Below, one piece after another: positions 1-8,358 of a stretch of 17,385 bases of DNA. Source of the stretch: Candidatus Krumholzibacteriales bacterium (GTDB taxonomy: Bacteria > Krumholzibacteriota > Krumholzibacteriia > Krumholzibacteriales > WJIX01). Both the position numbers and the translations under genes were made by a program. Location of the stretch: positions 1 to 17,385 of the forward strand of contig JAWODM010000017.1 of assembly GCA_046483305.1 (NCBI GenBank), in the 5' to 3' direction. A model generated the notes under the pieces. It saw only the letters and a list, made by a program, of their open reading frames with translations. It searched no databases and was not told the origin of the DNA. Positions within the stretch are counted from its first letter, which is position 1; each line of letters opens with the position of its first letter.

Positions 1-473
1 TCAGAAGGCATTATTATAAGGCCTTCATTATTAATTATACCATCCAGCCAGCTTCTGACTATGTTAGTTATATCGCATCTGTGTTCCTTCGTCGCTGTAC
101 TATCTGTCACACTTGCAGCTTGAATCAGATCTGAAGAATAATCTCCCCCGTCTTCTTCCCACAATCCCTTCCAGGTTATCATGCCAGCGTCTTTCCATGA
201 CGCTGTCACGGGCGATATACTTACCAGTCCTACCGGATGTTTCTTGATACCTGCCTTAAATACCAGCTTGGCGTAATCAATCCTTATATTTTGTTGATTC
301 AGCAACTCTGGTAACCTGAAATAAACCAATATCCGGCTGTCTCTTGGTTCAGTAGGTGATGTTATTATAGAGGCCTTAACATATTTAAGATGCAGCTTCT
401 CTGCTTGCAGTCCGGTGCTAAATGAAACAACCATAGACATTACAGCCGCTATATAAATGATAATATTTTTCAT
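1..473 (-). CDS. Secreted DNRLRE-like domain protein (partial, runs off the left edge)
   Basis: Not in the ORF track because no stop lies in the window. ATG at 473 follows a purine-rich SD (AAAGGGGGGAGAG). Hand translation: MKNIIIYIAAVMSMVVSFSTGLQAEK (signal peptide) ...IDYAKLVF...SPVTASWKDAGMITW...GGDY...CDITNIVRSWLDGIINNEGLIIMPS. The D[IV]TxIVxxWLxG..NxGL pattern is typical of DNRLRE/CBM96-like domains. It starts 14 nt after the stop of the upstream gene. Confidence 0.7.
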   Translation of the reverse strand, partial: MKNIIIYIAAVMSMVVSFSTGLQAEKLHLKYVKASIITSPTEPRDSRILVYFRLPELLNQQNIRIDYAKLVFKAGIKKHPVGLVSISPVTASWKDAGMITWKGLWEEDGGDYSSDLIQAASVTDSTATKEHRCDITNIVRSWLDGIINNEGLIIMPS

Positions 474-487
474 CTCTCCCCCCTTTG

Positions 488-1696
488 TTACTTCAGTATT
501 ATTATCTTCTTGGATATCTTTTTTCTTCCGGCAACCATCTGATAGAAATAGATACCGGAAGCCACTTCAGCTCCCTTGTCGTTTCGACCATTCCAAATAG
601 CCTGATAATGCCCCGGTGAATGTGTTCTGTTAACAAGTTCCTTGATCTTTCTTCCCGTGACATCATAGATGTTAATCCTTATCAGCTGCCTGGCAGGAAC
701 TGAATACCTGATAGTGGTATGATTGCTTCCAACTAGCGGATTGGGATAATTCTGCCACATATAAAGCCTGGTTGCCTTACTGCCTCCAGCCCCATCGGCG
801 TCCCTGTAAAGATAAACCACAGGATCACTGGTCAGGAATGGGAAAAAATCAACATTACCCTTAAACAGACGGGAATTGGGAACTTCTCCCTCTCCATTCC
901 CCCACCAGCAGTTCTCAGCCATGATGGTAGGTTTTACCGTGCCGGTCTGATAAACATTAGCAAGATCGTTAATAATCGTATTGTTCGAGTGGATGCTGTC
1001 AGCTAATGAGGCATCCCCCAATAACGGTTCTGAGTCCAGGACCGCCATAATTCCCGACACCTCGTTGTCTATTATCTTGGAATGGTGAATCTCAGGTTCG
1101 GCATCGCTGTTCTCAGAATAGATGCCGCTGCAGTCTCCATCCCATATCTTGGTATAGCAGACCGTGCCATCAGTACCTTTGAAACCTATACCGTTTCCAC
1201 CGCTTCCACGAATTTTACAACTTCTTATTATGGGAGCTACAGTAAGGCTGCACTGATATTCTGAAACCCATATGCCCACATTATCACTGTAATTTATGTT
1301 CGTTCGCTTTATTTTGGGACTGGAGTTGGTGATCTTAATTGCACCGAAATTATTATTCATTGTGCAGCTGTCCACAACTACTGTATCTGTAACATCCCAT
1401 ATATATAATCCTAATGCGTCGACGTTGTCGTTGTTGCTGATATTGCAACCTTTAATAAAACTGGCATTTGAATCTCCGTCTCCCTCATAGAGATAGACCC
1501 CAACAGGATCACAATTGGAAACGCTGACATTTCTCATATCTACTGTTGTATTACTACTCAGACCGTAATATGCGTTAGAGATGTCACAATCTCTCATAAC
1601 ACAGCTAGCGCTATCTCCGTTTAAATGTATCCCTGGCAGCTCACTTCCTTCCCATCCTTCTCTCTTATAACCTGCTCGGTATAAAGCATCCTGCAT
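488..1696 (-). CDS. Right-handed parallel beta-helix repeat protein with C-terminal FlgD-Ig/T9SS type A-like domain; 5'-truncated, first ~21 codons derived from IS sequence
   Basis: Repeated GI-x-x...C-x-I-x-x-N beta-helix motifs, an 'AENCWWG...VDFFPFL' motif, and a C-terminal 'QNYPNP...TTIRYSVP...INIYDVTGRKIKELVN...WNGRNDKGAEVASGIYFYQM...KKIIILK'. No signal peptide. The N-terminus overlaps transposase-like coding sequence in another frame. Confidence 0.8.
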   Translation of the reverse strand: MQDALYRAGYKREGWEGSELPGIHLNGDSASCVMRDCDISNAYYGLSSNTTVDMRNVSVSNCDPVGVYLYEGDGDSNASFIKGCNISNNDNVDALGLYIWDVTDTVVVDSCTMNNNFGAIKITNSSPKIKRTNINYSDNVGIWVSEYQCSLTVAPIIRSCKIRGSGGNGIGFKGTDGTVCYTKIWDGDCSGIYSENSDAEPEIHHSKIIDNEVSGIMAVLDSEPLLGDASLADSIHSNNTIINDLANVYQTGTVKPTIMAENCWWGNGEGEVPNSRLFKGNVDFFPFLTSDPVVYLYRDADGAGGSKATRLYMWQNYPNPLVGSNHTTIRYSVPARQLIRINIYDVTGRKIKELVNRTHSPGHYQAIWNGRNDKGAEVASGIYFYQMVAGRKKISKKIIILK

Positions 1697-2393
1697 CCAG
1701 CGGCGAGCTCCTGGGCCCGTACAGCCCTGCCGCGATAGACCAGATGCCTGGTGCCGACCATCCTTATTATGAACCTGGCCCCGGTATTTAGAAGCGGATG
1801 CAGTAGCTTCTTTCTGTCTCCTCCCCGGTCTATCACAAAGATCCCCCTTCTTTCAGCCGCCTCGTGACTGCCCTTACCGCCTTCAGTATCTCATCGTTCT
1901 CCGAGTCATACTCCGGAGCCCGCTGTGAGTACAGGCGGTTAAGCAGCGGGGTTATATGCACACCCTCCGGCTCAGTGCCTATCACCTTGATAGTCCAGTA
2001 ACCGTCCTTGATCTCTCCGGTACTGCCGTCTCGAACTCTTCCCAGGTACTCCATCCTGCGCGCATGATCTTTCGATATGTCTGAAATATCCACCACCAGA
2101 AGCGTACTCTTCTTTATCCTTCCCGAAGCCAGAGACAACAGATTCTTCTCGACAGCTCTTCCCAGACCTTCCCTGTTTATCTGCCTGCTCAGCCGGTTCT
2201 CGGTCTTCTTCAAAGCAATATCTTCATTCAGGGATCTGGCTATCTCGCTCAGCATTACGCTCTTTTTCGCCTGTATGCCATAGACCGCTTCTGCTACAAA
2301 CCTGGCAGCTGTCTTGCAGATCCCGGAAGAGAGTTCCCCCGAAAATTTCCTGATTTGTTCTCGAATTTTCCATGAAACTTTGCTATATTGCAT
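1621..2393 (-). pseudogene. IS4-like DDE transposase, frameshifted (~1845-1852) and C-terminally truncated
   Basis: ORF 1833..2393 has SVMLSEIARSL...KKTENRLSR and the first catalytic Asp region (VVDISDISK). It continues in the -1 frame as GIFVIDRGGDRKKLLHPLL...RFIIRMVGTRHL (second Asp; ORF 1621..1836) and stops at 1621 with no third (Glu) motif. Confidence 0.85.
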
Positions 2394-2394
2394 T

Positions 2395-2460
2395 TGGATC
2401 TCCTTTGATAGAGTTGAACTTATAAAGGTTTATTTTTCTCTATCATATAAAGGAGATCCA
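2395..2460 (-). promoter_or_regulatory. Hairpin sequestering the transposase Shine-Dalgarno sequence
   Basis: The minus strand reads TGGATCTCCTTT-atat-GATAGAG...CTCTATC-AAAGGAGATCCA-a-ATG, a 12-bp plus 7-bp stem whose 3' arm contains the AAGGAG SD. Confidence 0.7.
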
Positions 2461-2535
2461 TTTTTTTCCAGCATGAACTTCCCCCAATTTTTGCCCCGCA
2501 GAGAAAAAAAGGCCGATTCCACTTGTTGATATTAT

Positions 2536-2548
2536 TAACTCACTGATT
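2536..2548 (-). promoter_or_regulatory. IHF-like binding site near the IS left end
   Basis: AATCAGTGAGTTA fits WATCARNNNNTTR at offset 47-59 from the TIR. A similar site (TAACAACAACTTA, 17238-17250) is at the same offset in the second IS-like end. Confidence 0.5.
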
Positions 2549-2804
2549 TAGTTGTGGTTAGCTAAATGACCGGGTAATTTTTGGGGAAAGTCCTGTTTAT
2601 GGAGCCGGTTTTGACCCGGATTTTATCCCCGGGCAGATTATAAATGTTCTTATGAAAACAGGCGGGTGGCCGGCTTCAGCCTTGCGGATCAGCTTTCAGA
2701 TACAGGGTGAACCGGAAAATAATCGCTCACCATTACTGCCGCTTCTTTCATAACGCGTCAATTATGAGGGAATGCTGTCTGATCAACCGGGGTTTTGGGC
2801 AGGG

Positions 2805-3914
2805 TCACCGCTCGGTCCGGCCCCCCCCGGCACGCTCCGCCACCTCCTCTACCAGGCTGCTGTTGGAGAACAGCATGCACTCCCTGTCGGGGTTCTCCAG
2901 GGAGGGTATGATATCTCTGATTTGCCTGAGGAAACCGGATTGAAGGATTTCGCCGATCGATTTATCCCTGATATTGTCGGCGGCAAAATGGCTGTAAGGA
3001 CAGGGTTCCACATAGCCATCGGCGTTGATATGTATCATGCCCCTGCCGGCGGCCATACACTCTCCATACTCATATTCATCCGGAGGCAGGTTGAATATGG
3101 GAGGTTTCGCTTCCTTTCTTCTTTCATCCAGGGCGGCCTTCTTGAACTCCCTGTCCTCGCTGGTCAGCACAAATGATTCGTTCAGATTTTTTTCAAAGGG
3201 GATATAGTCGGTGAAAAAACCGAATCTGGCGCCCAGGTCCCACTGCCTCTGCAGCCACTCCCTGGAGGTTACATCCTTCAGGTTAATATGTGTAATCATG
3301 GTGGAGAAACCGAAGGGGATCCGGTTGTCTCTCAGCTCCATCATCGCCGCTTCCACTCCGGCGGCTACCCCCCTTCCTCTTCGCATATCGGTATAATGAT
3401 CCATTCCCTCGGCGGAAATCACCGGCAGTATGTTCCCGGCCTCTCCGAAAAAGGGCACCAGGGGCTTCAACAGCATCCCATTGGTATAGAAGAGGAAAAA
3501 AGCGTCTCTGAAGGACGCCAGCTTCTCCGGCAGCCCCTCGATCAGAAGCGGCTCGCCCCCGGCTATCACGAAGAAATAGATGCCCTGCCTGATACATTCA
3601 TCTATGGTTTCAGAGATAAGCTCCGGAGACAGCTCCTCCTTGACGGTGTAATTCTTCGCGTAACAACCCCGGCAGTTCAGATTACACTTCCAGGTAACAG
3701 AAAAAATGCAGAGGAATGGAATGGGGACTCCCAGCTCCTGAGCCCTCCTGCCTCTGAGCTTCTCTCCCTTCCTTATTACCGAGATTAGATGCCTGACCCG
3801 GGATACCAGCCCCGGCAGGGCCAGCGGGGACTTCAACGTCTGCTTGAGCATCGCCCTGAGATAAGTCATCAGCCTGGTTTCAGGCTTAGACGAACCTGCT
3901 CTTTCATCGGCCAT
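2805..3914 (-). CDS. Radical SAM protein with SPASM/twitch domain
   Basis: CxxxCxxC motif (CNLNCRGC), GGEPLL, YTNG, and C-terminal CMAAGRGMIHINADGYVEPCPYS...C. SD-like AGGA upstream. Confidence 0.92.
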   Translation of the reverse strand: MADERAGSSKPETRLMTYLRAMLKQTLKSPLALPGLVSRVRHLISVIRKGEKLRGRRAQELGVPIPFLCIFSVTWKCNLNCRGCYAKNYTVKEELSPELISETIDECIRQGIYFFVIAGGEPLLIEGLPEKLASFRDAFFLFYTNGMLLKPLVPFFGEAGNILPVISAEGMDHYTDMRRGRGVAAGVEAAMMELRDNRIPFGFSTMITHINLKDVTSREWLQRQWDLGARFGFFTDYIPFEKNLNESFVLTSEDREFKKAALDERRKEAKPPIFNLPPDEYEYGECMAAGRGMIHINADGYVEPCPYSHFAADNIRDKSIGEILQSGFLRQIRDIIPSLENPDRECMLFSNSSLVEEVAERAGGGRTER

Positions 3915-4096
3915 ATCTACTCATTCCTGATATGCAGCAGCAACTGCCCCGGTCCGCCGGATAGTTTTGTCCATCCCGGAAAAATACAAATTAAACTATT
4001 TATGTAGAGGATTCAAGTAATCTGATTCATCCAGGCGGAACGAATCAGCTATCCCCTTTTGCGGATTTCCGTTTTTCAGATTTCCCGATATGCCGG

Positions 4097-7000
4097 TTAC
4101 AGCTCCAGTTCCTTTTTCTCGCCTGGCTCCAGGTCGAAATTCTGGTCCCTGAACCCGATCTTCGCCGGCACTTCCGAGTCGGGCAGGCAGTGAAGCCTGA
4201 GATGGTCCGGGGTTATCTCCACATCTATTCTGCGCCTCCGGTAAATTATACTGAACTCCATGGATTTGAGTTCGGAGGGGAGAGAGGGATTAAACCTCAG
4301 TGTATTCTTCCGGCTTTCCATCCCCGAGTAACACCTCAGGATCAGGTCAACGGTTCCGGCCATCGCTCCCAGGTGGATACCCTCCCGGGTAGTACCCCCC
4401 TGCACATCTTCTATATCGCTCTCCAGGGCGTCCCGGAAGAGCCGCCACGACATCTCTCTTTCGGAGCGGGCCAGCACCCAGGCGTGGACTACCCTGCTGA
4501 GGGTGGAGCCGTGTGACGTCCTTTTCAGGTAATACTCGATATTGTCCGGGATGGTATGGGGGTCAAAGGGATAGCCAAGCTGCTCGAAGACCTTGCTCAG
4601 CTCATCGGCGGAGAGGAGATAGAACAGCATCAGAACATCCGCCTGCTTGGAAAGTTTGTAGCGGTTGGGGCTGTCTCCTTCAGATTCCAGGATTCGGTCG
4701 AGCCTGTGAATATCCCCGTACTTGGCGCGGTACTTTTTCCAGTCAAACTCCTCGAGTTCATCGTAACCCTCGAACTGGCTGATAATATCTTCGTCATGAA
4801 AGGGCACTCGCAGTTTTCTGCTGATTTCTTCCCATCGCTCAATCTCCTCCTCGCTTACCGACATACTCTCCATCACCGTAGCCCTGCGATGTCCGGAAAG
4901 TATCTCCAGAGTGTCCAGGGTTCTTCTGAGGACCCATGCCACCATAACATTGGTATACGCGTTATTATCTATCCCCGGCTCTGAGCTTTCGGGATAACTG
5001 TCGTGAAATTCATCGGGGCCCATTATTCCCAGTATCTCGTACCGGTCCATGGAGCTGTTGTACTGCGTCATGCCGGTCCAGAAACGGGATATCAGTATCA
5101 TCAGCTCTGCCCCGTAGAATGAGAGGAAATCCCTGTCGCCGGTGACCTGGTAGTACTGCCACACATTGTAGGCAACCGCAATGTTGATATGCCTCTGCAG
5201 CTGGGAATTGTCCGGTATCCACCGCCCCGATTGCGGATTCAGGTGGAGGGTCTGGGCCTGCTCCTCACCGTTGCTGCCGCTCTGCCAGGGGAACATGGCC
5301 CCGGCCTGCCCTTCATCCTCCGCCGCCCAGCAGGCCCGGGGCAGCCGGTTGTAACGGTACATCAGAAGAGCCCTGGTAATATCGGGCATTCTGAGACTCA
5401 GCAGGGGGAAAATGAAGAGTTCGTCCCACATGATCAGCCCGCGATAGGCCTCTCCGTGAAGGCCACGGGGAGGAACCCCCGCATCCATTCCGATAGTATT
5501 AGGCGAAACAGTCTGAAGAAGATGAAATATATGCAGGTTCAGTATCTGCTGGATGCGGGGAGTCCGGGCTTCAACCTTGATCCTCCAGCGGTCCCACAGG
5601 TGGCTCCACGATATGATATGGCGCCGGAGCAGCTCGTCGAAACTGCCGGCGTGGCGGAGCGCCTCCCGGGCCTCCAGCAAACTCTCCGACAGGGCCGGAT
5701 TTCTGGAATGATAGAGGGCCGCTATCTTCTCAACCCTGACGCTGCTGCCCTCCCGGGCCTCTATATCGAAATCCTGACAGGCATACCCCTCTTCCTGCCC
5801 CTCTTCAGGCTTCTCTTCCATCCTGCCGCCATCCTGGAATATCCTGGTCCTGGCCGCCAGGGCGATCCGGATGTGAGACTGATTGGTCCTGCACTGAAGC
5901 CACAGCAGGCCGTCTTCGCTGGTACCCGCCCCCAGCTGTTCCAGGTGTTGGTTGTTCAGATCGCGGTATCGCTCAACCTGGGTGTTTTCCACTCTTCCAT
6001 CCAGCGCCGAACGGACCCGGAGGGATCCCGACCAGTTCTCAGGCAGTATAATCAGTTCTAGCCCGGCCAGGTGCCGGTGGCTCATATGCACGAAACGGCG
6101 TTCGGTCAACCTGGTGCGGCGCTTTTTCGAATCCTCGAATAGAATTCTTCTGTTCAGCACCCCCCTCTTCATATCCAGCTCCTGGCGGTATTCCAGAACA
6201 TCCACCGAATCCAGGTCGAACCACCGCCCCTCCTCGATACTGAAATTCAGGGGCAGCCAGTTGGGGACATTGACCAGCGACTCATTCTCGATAGTATTTC
6301 CGGCCACTTCGCTCTTCAGCCGGTTGTAAAGATTGGCCACGTAAGTGCCCGGGTAGTGGAATTCGCCCGCTTCGGAAGAGGCGGCCGCCGATCTGGTTAC
6401 AAAATAGCCGTTACCCAGAGCGCAAAGCGCCTCTCTGAGTTTTTCCCCCTCCCGGTTGTATCCTTCATAAGTCAGGAACCAGGCATCCACGGACGCCTCC
6501 TTCTCCGCCTCCTTCAGAAGTTCTTCCAGAAAATCAGCCACTTCCCCGGAATTCTTCAGCCTGAAACCGGCCGCTGTCTTTTTATCGTCTTCAGTGACCA
6601 CGATCCCGATCCCAACGTCCGAGATCGCCCGGAAGGCATCCTCGTCGGTGGTATCGTCGCCTATATATATGGGAACAGGGTTGTCCTCTTCTTCGAACAG
6701 CTCGTCCAGCAGAAAGAGAACAGCCTTGCCTTTATTCCAATCGCTGCTGGGACGGAGTTCGAATATCTTCTTGCCTCCGGTCCTGGTCAGGCTGCGGTAA
6801 CCGGAGGCTATACTGTCTACCCGCTTCTCCAGCTCTGGCAGTACCTCATCGCCCGCCTGCCTGTAATGAACCGCCAGGGCAAAGGGTTTTCGTTCCACCC
6901 TTACCCCCTTCAGGCCTCTGACCGCCTCCTCCAGTTCCTTCGCGGCGCTTTCCAGGTCGCCCATCAGCTCCTCTCCCGGTTCCCGCTGAAAGGAACCTCC

Positions 7001-7300
7001 CGGGCCCTCTATATTGAATCCGTGGCTTCCCGCGTATATAAGCCCTTCCAGATTAACCAGGTTCCTGACATCCTCCAGGCCCCGGCCGGTCATTATGACA
7101 ACGGTGCGGTGATCTGAAAGTCCCTTCAGCAGGTGCCTGGTCTTTTCGGGGAGAAAGGCCCTGGAGGGGTCTTCCACAATCGGCGACAGGGTTCCGTCGT
7201 AGTCCAGAAATATCACCGCCTCCCCACCGTTCAGGCGTTCAATAATCTTATCCTTTTCCTCGATAGCCGAAGTTAATTTGCCTGCCTGCCGTTCCTTCAT
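4097..7300 (-). CDS. otsB: Trehalose-6-phosphate phosphatase fused to a glycoside hydrolase family 65 (phosphorylase-type) domain
   Basis: N-terminal HAD-IIB TPP motifs DYDGTL, TGR, GSHG, NKGKA, GDDTTDEDAF. Then GH65 motifs EALCALGNGY, RGLHGEAYRG..WDE, FPWQS, GPDEFH, NNAYTN, KQADV, HGSTLS, EGIHLGAMAG. ATG at 7300 is preferred (GAGGTG SD upstream); the ORF track extends to a GTG at 7309. Confidence 0.92.
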   Translation of the reverse strand: MKERQAGKLTSAIEEKDKIIERLNGGEAVIFLDYDGTLSPIVEDPSRAFLPEKTRHLLKGLSDHRTVVIMTGRGLEDVRNLVNLEGLIYAGSHGFNIEGPGGSFQREPGEELMGDLESAAKELEEAVRGLKGVRVERKPFALAVHYRQAGDEVLPELEKRVDSIASGYRSLTRTGGKKIFELRPSSDWNKGKAVLFLLDELFEEEDNPVPIYIGDDTTDEDAFRAISDVGIGIVVTEDDKKTAAGFRLKNSGEVADFLEELLKEAEKEASVDAWFLTYEGYNREGEKLREALCALGNGYFVTRSAAASSEAGEFHYPGTYVANLYNRLKSEVAGNTIENESLVNVPNWLPLNFSIEEGRWFDLDSVDVLEYRQELDMKRGVLNRRILFEDSKKRRTRLTERRFVHMSHRHLAGLELIILPENWSGSLRVRSALDGRVENTQVERYRDLNNQHLEQLGAGTSEDGLLWLQCRTNQSHIRIALAARTRIFQDGGRMEEKPEEGQEEGYACQDFDIEAREGSSVRVEKIAALYHSRNPALSESLLEAREALRHAGSFDELLRRHIISWSHLWDRWRIKVEARTPRIQQILNLHIFHLLQTVSPNTIGMDAGVPPRGLHGEAYRGLIMWDELFIFPLLSLRMPDITRALLMYRYNRLPRACWAAEDEGQAGAMFPWQSGSNGEEQAQTLHLNPQSGRWIPDNSQLQRHINIAVAYNVWQYYQVTGDRDFLSFYGAELMILISRFWTGMTQYNSSMDRYEILGIMGPDEFHDSYPESSEPGIDNNAYTNVMVAWVLRRTLDTLEILSGHRRATVMESMSVSEEEIERWEEISRKLRVPFHDEDIISQFEGYDELEEFDWKKYRAKYGDIHRLDRILESEGDSPNRYKLSKQADVLMLFYLLSADELSKVFEQLGYPFDPHTIPDNIEYYLKRTSHGSTLSRVVHAWVLARSEREMSWRLFRDALESDIEDVQGGTTREGIHLGAMAGTVDLILRCYSGMESRKNTLRFNPSLPSELKSMEFSIIYRRRRIDVEITPDHLRLHCLPDSEVPAKIGFRDQNFDLEPGEKKELEL

Positions 7301-7301
7301 T

Positions 7302-8063
7302 CTATTCACCTCTGAGCTTTATATCAGATAAGTCACTTACCACAATATCTGCGCCGCTGCTACTGAGTCCGGGGTTGCTGCCCGAGCGGTCAATACCGAT
7401 AACCAGCGCAAATCCTCCCGCTCTGCCCGCCTCCACTCCTGACTGCGCGTCCTCTATTACCATGGCTGCATCCGGTGCCACCCTGAGCTGTCCGGCCGCC
7501 TCCAGAAATATATCGGGCGCCGGCTTTCCGGCGATATTTCTCTCCGCCATATCAACCCCGTCTACTATCACCGGGAAAAGCTCCCTGACGCCGGCCGCTT
7601 CCAGTACCGCCCTGGCATTGCGGCTGGATGATATTACAGCCACTCCCCTGTTCATATTCTTCATCCGTTCCACGAAATCGGTGGTGGATTCGTAAACCTC
7701 CACCCCCTTTTCTTCTATATGCTTCAGAAAGTACCCGTTCTTCCGGTTGCCCAGGCCGCATACGGTCTCAAATCCGGGAGGGTCGCCGGGGTGTCCGAAA
7801 GGGAGGTGGACCTCTCTGGATTCCAGGAAACTCCTGACTCCGTCATAACGGGGTTTACCGTCCACATACCTGTAGTAATCTTCCCGGTCGTCGAAGGGAA
7901 GATAGCCCTTTCCCTCCCGTTCGGATCTCTCGGCCAGATAATCGTCGAACATCTTCTTCCAGGCGGCGGCGTGGGCCCTGGCGGTCCTGGTTATCACTCC
8001 GTCCATATCCAGGATGGCCGCTTCAAATCTGTCCATATTTACAGTAGTTTCCTTTTCCATCAT
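7302..8063 (-). CDS. Beta-phosphoglucomutase-family HAD hydrolase
   Basis: DMDGVIT motif I, YVDGKPRYDGVRSFLESR cap, SSSRNA, GKPAPDIFL, EDAQSGVEAG. Its stop lies 1 nt before the TPP-GH65 ATG. Confidence 0.9.
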   Translation of the reverse strand: MMEKETTVNMDRFEAAILDMDGVITRTARAHAAAWKKMFDDYLAERSEREGKGYLPFDDREDYYRYVDGKPRYDGVRSFLESREVHLPFGHPGDPPGFETVCGLGNRKNGYFLKHIEEKGVEVYESTTDFVERMKNMNRGVAVISSSRNARAVLEAAGVRELFPVIVDGVDMAERNIAGKPAPDIFLEAAGQLRVAPDAAMVIEDAQSGVEAGRAGGFALVIGIDRSGSNPGLSSSGADIVVSDLSDIKLRGE

Positions 8064-8295
8064 TAGGGTGTGCTTCTCCGCCCCGGAGAGGGCATGTTAA
8101 GACCCGGCTTCACGCTCCTTTCCGGCCGGCAGATCCGGAATTTTCCTTCTACGTTCCGCTCGTGAATCATAAGTCTATAAAATAGTTTTAGTTACGTTGA
8201 CATTATATTAATTTACACTTCCGTTCCGGACAATTGGCAGGTTCATCTTTTACCTGACCAGTTTCTACCCGGCTCCATGGCGCGCAGATCGCAGT

Positions 8296-8324
8296 TTCAC
8301 TTAATCCCGCATACCTGATATAAT
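8296..8324 (+). promoter_or_regulatory. Putative sigma70 promoter of the MBL-fold gene
   Basis: TTCACT-17 nt-TATAAT with extended -10 (TGA TATAAT), 34 nt upstream of the GTG start; SD AAGGGGAG. Confidence 0.55.
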
Positions 8325-8358
8325 AATCAAATACTATATATCAAGGGGAGTTGTACAG

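Larger units (their letters stand above)
1635..2595 (-). mobile_element. Truncated IS4-like insertion sequence (left end intact, right part missing)
   Basis: Putative IRL CAGGACTTTCCCCAAAAATT starts at 2595 on the minus strand, ~200 bp upstream of the transposase ATG. A homologous end lies at 17191. No right TIR is seen near 1635, and this boundary is approximate. Confidence 0.75.

Noticed and set aside
1840..1856. Programmed -1 frameshift in the transposase
   Set aside because: AAAGAAGGGGG is not a canonical X XXY YYZ slippery site. A single G loss from ...AAA GGA AGG GGG ATC (KGRGI) explains it, and the gene is truncated anyway.
4190..7117. Several plus-strand ORFs (up to 290 aa) opposite TPP-GH65, and similar ones opposite the radical SAM, ATP-grasp and HD-GYP genes
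   Set aside because: Antisense to well-supported genes, with no recognisable domains.
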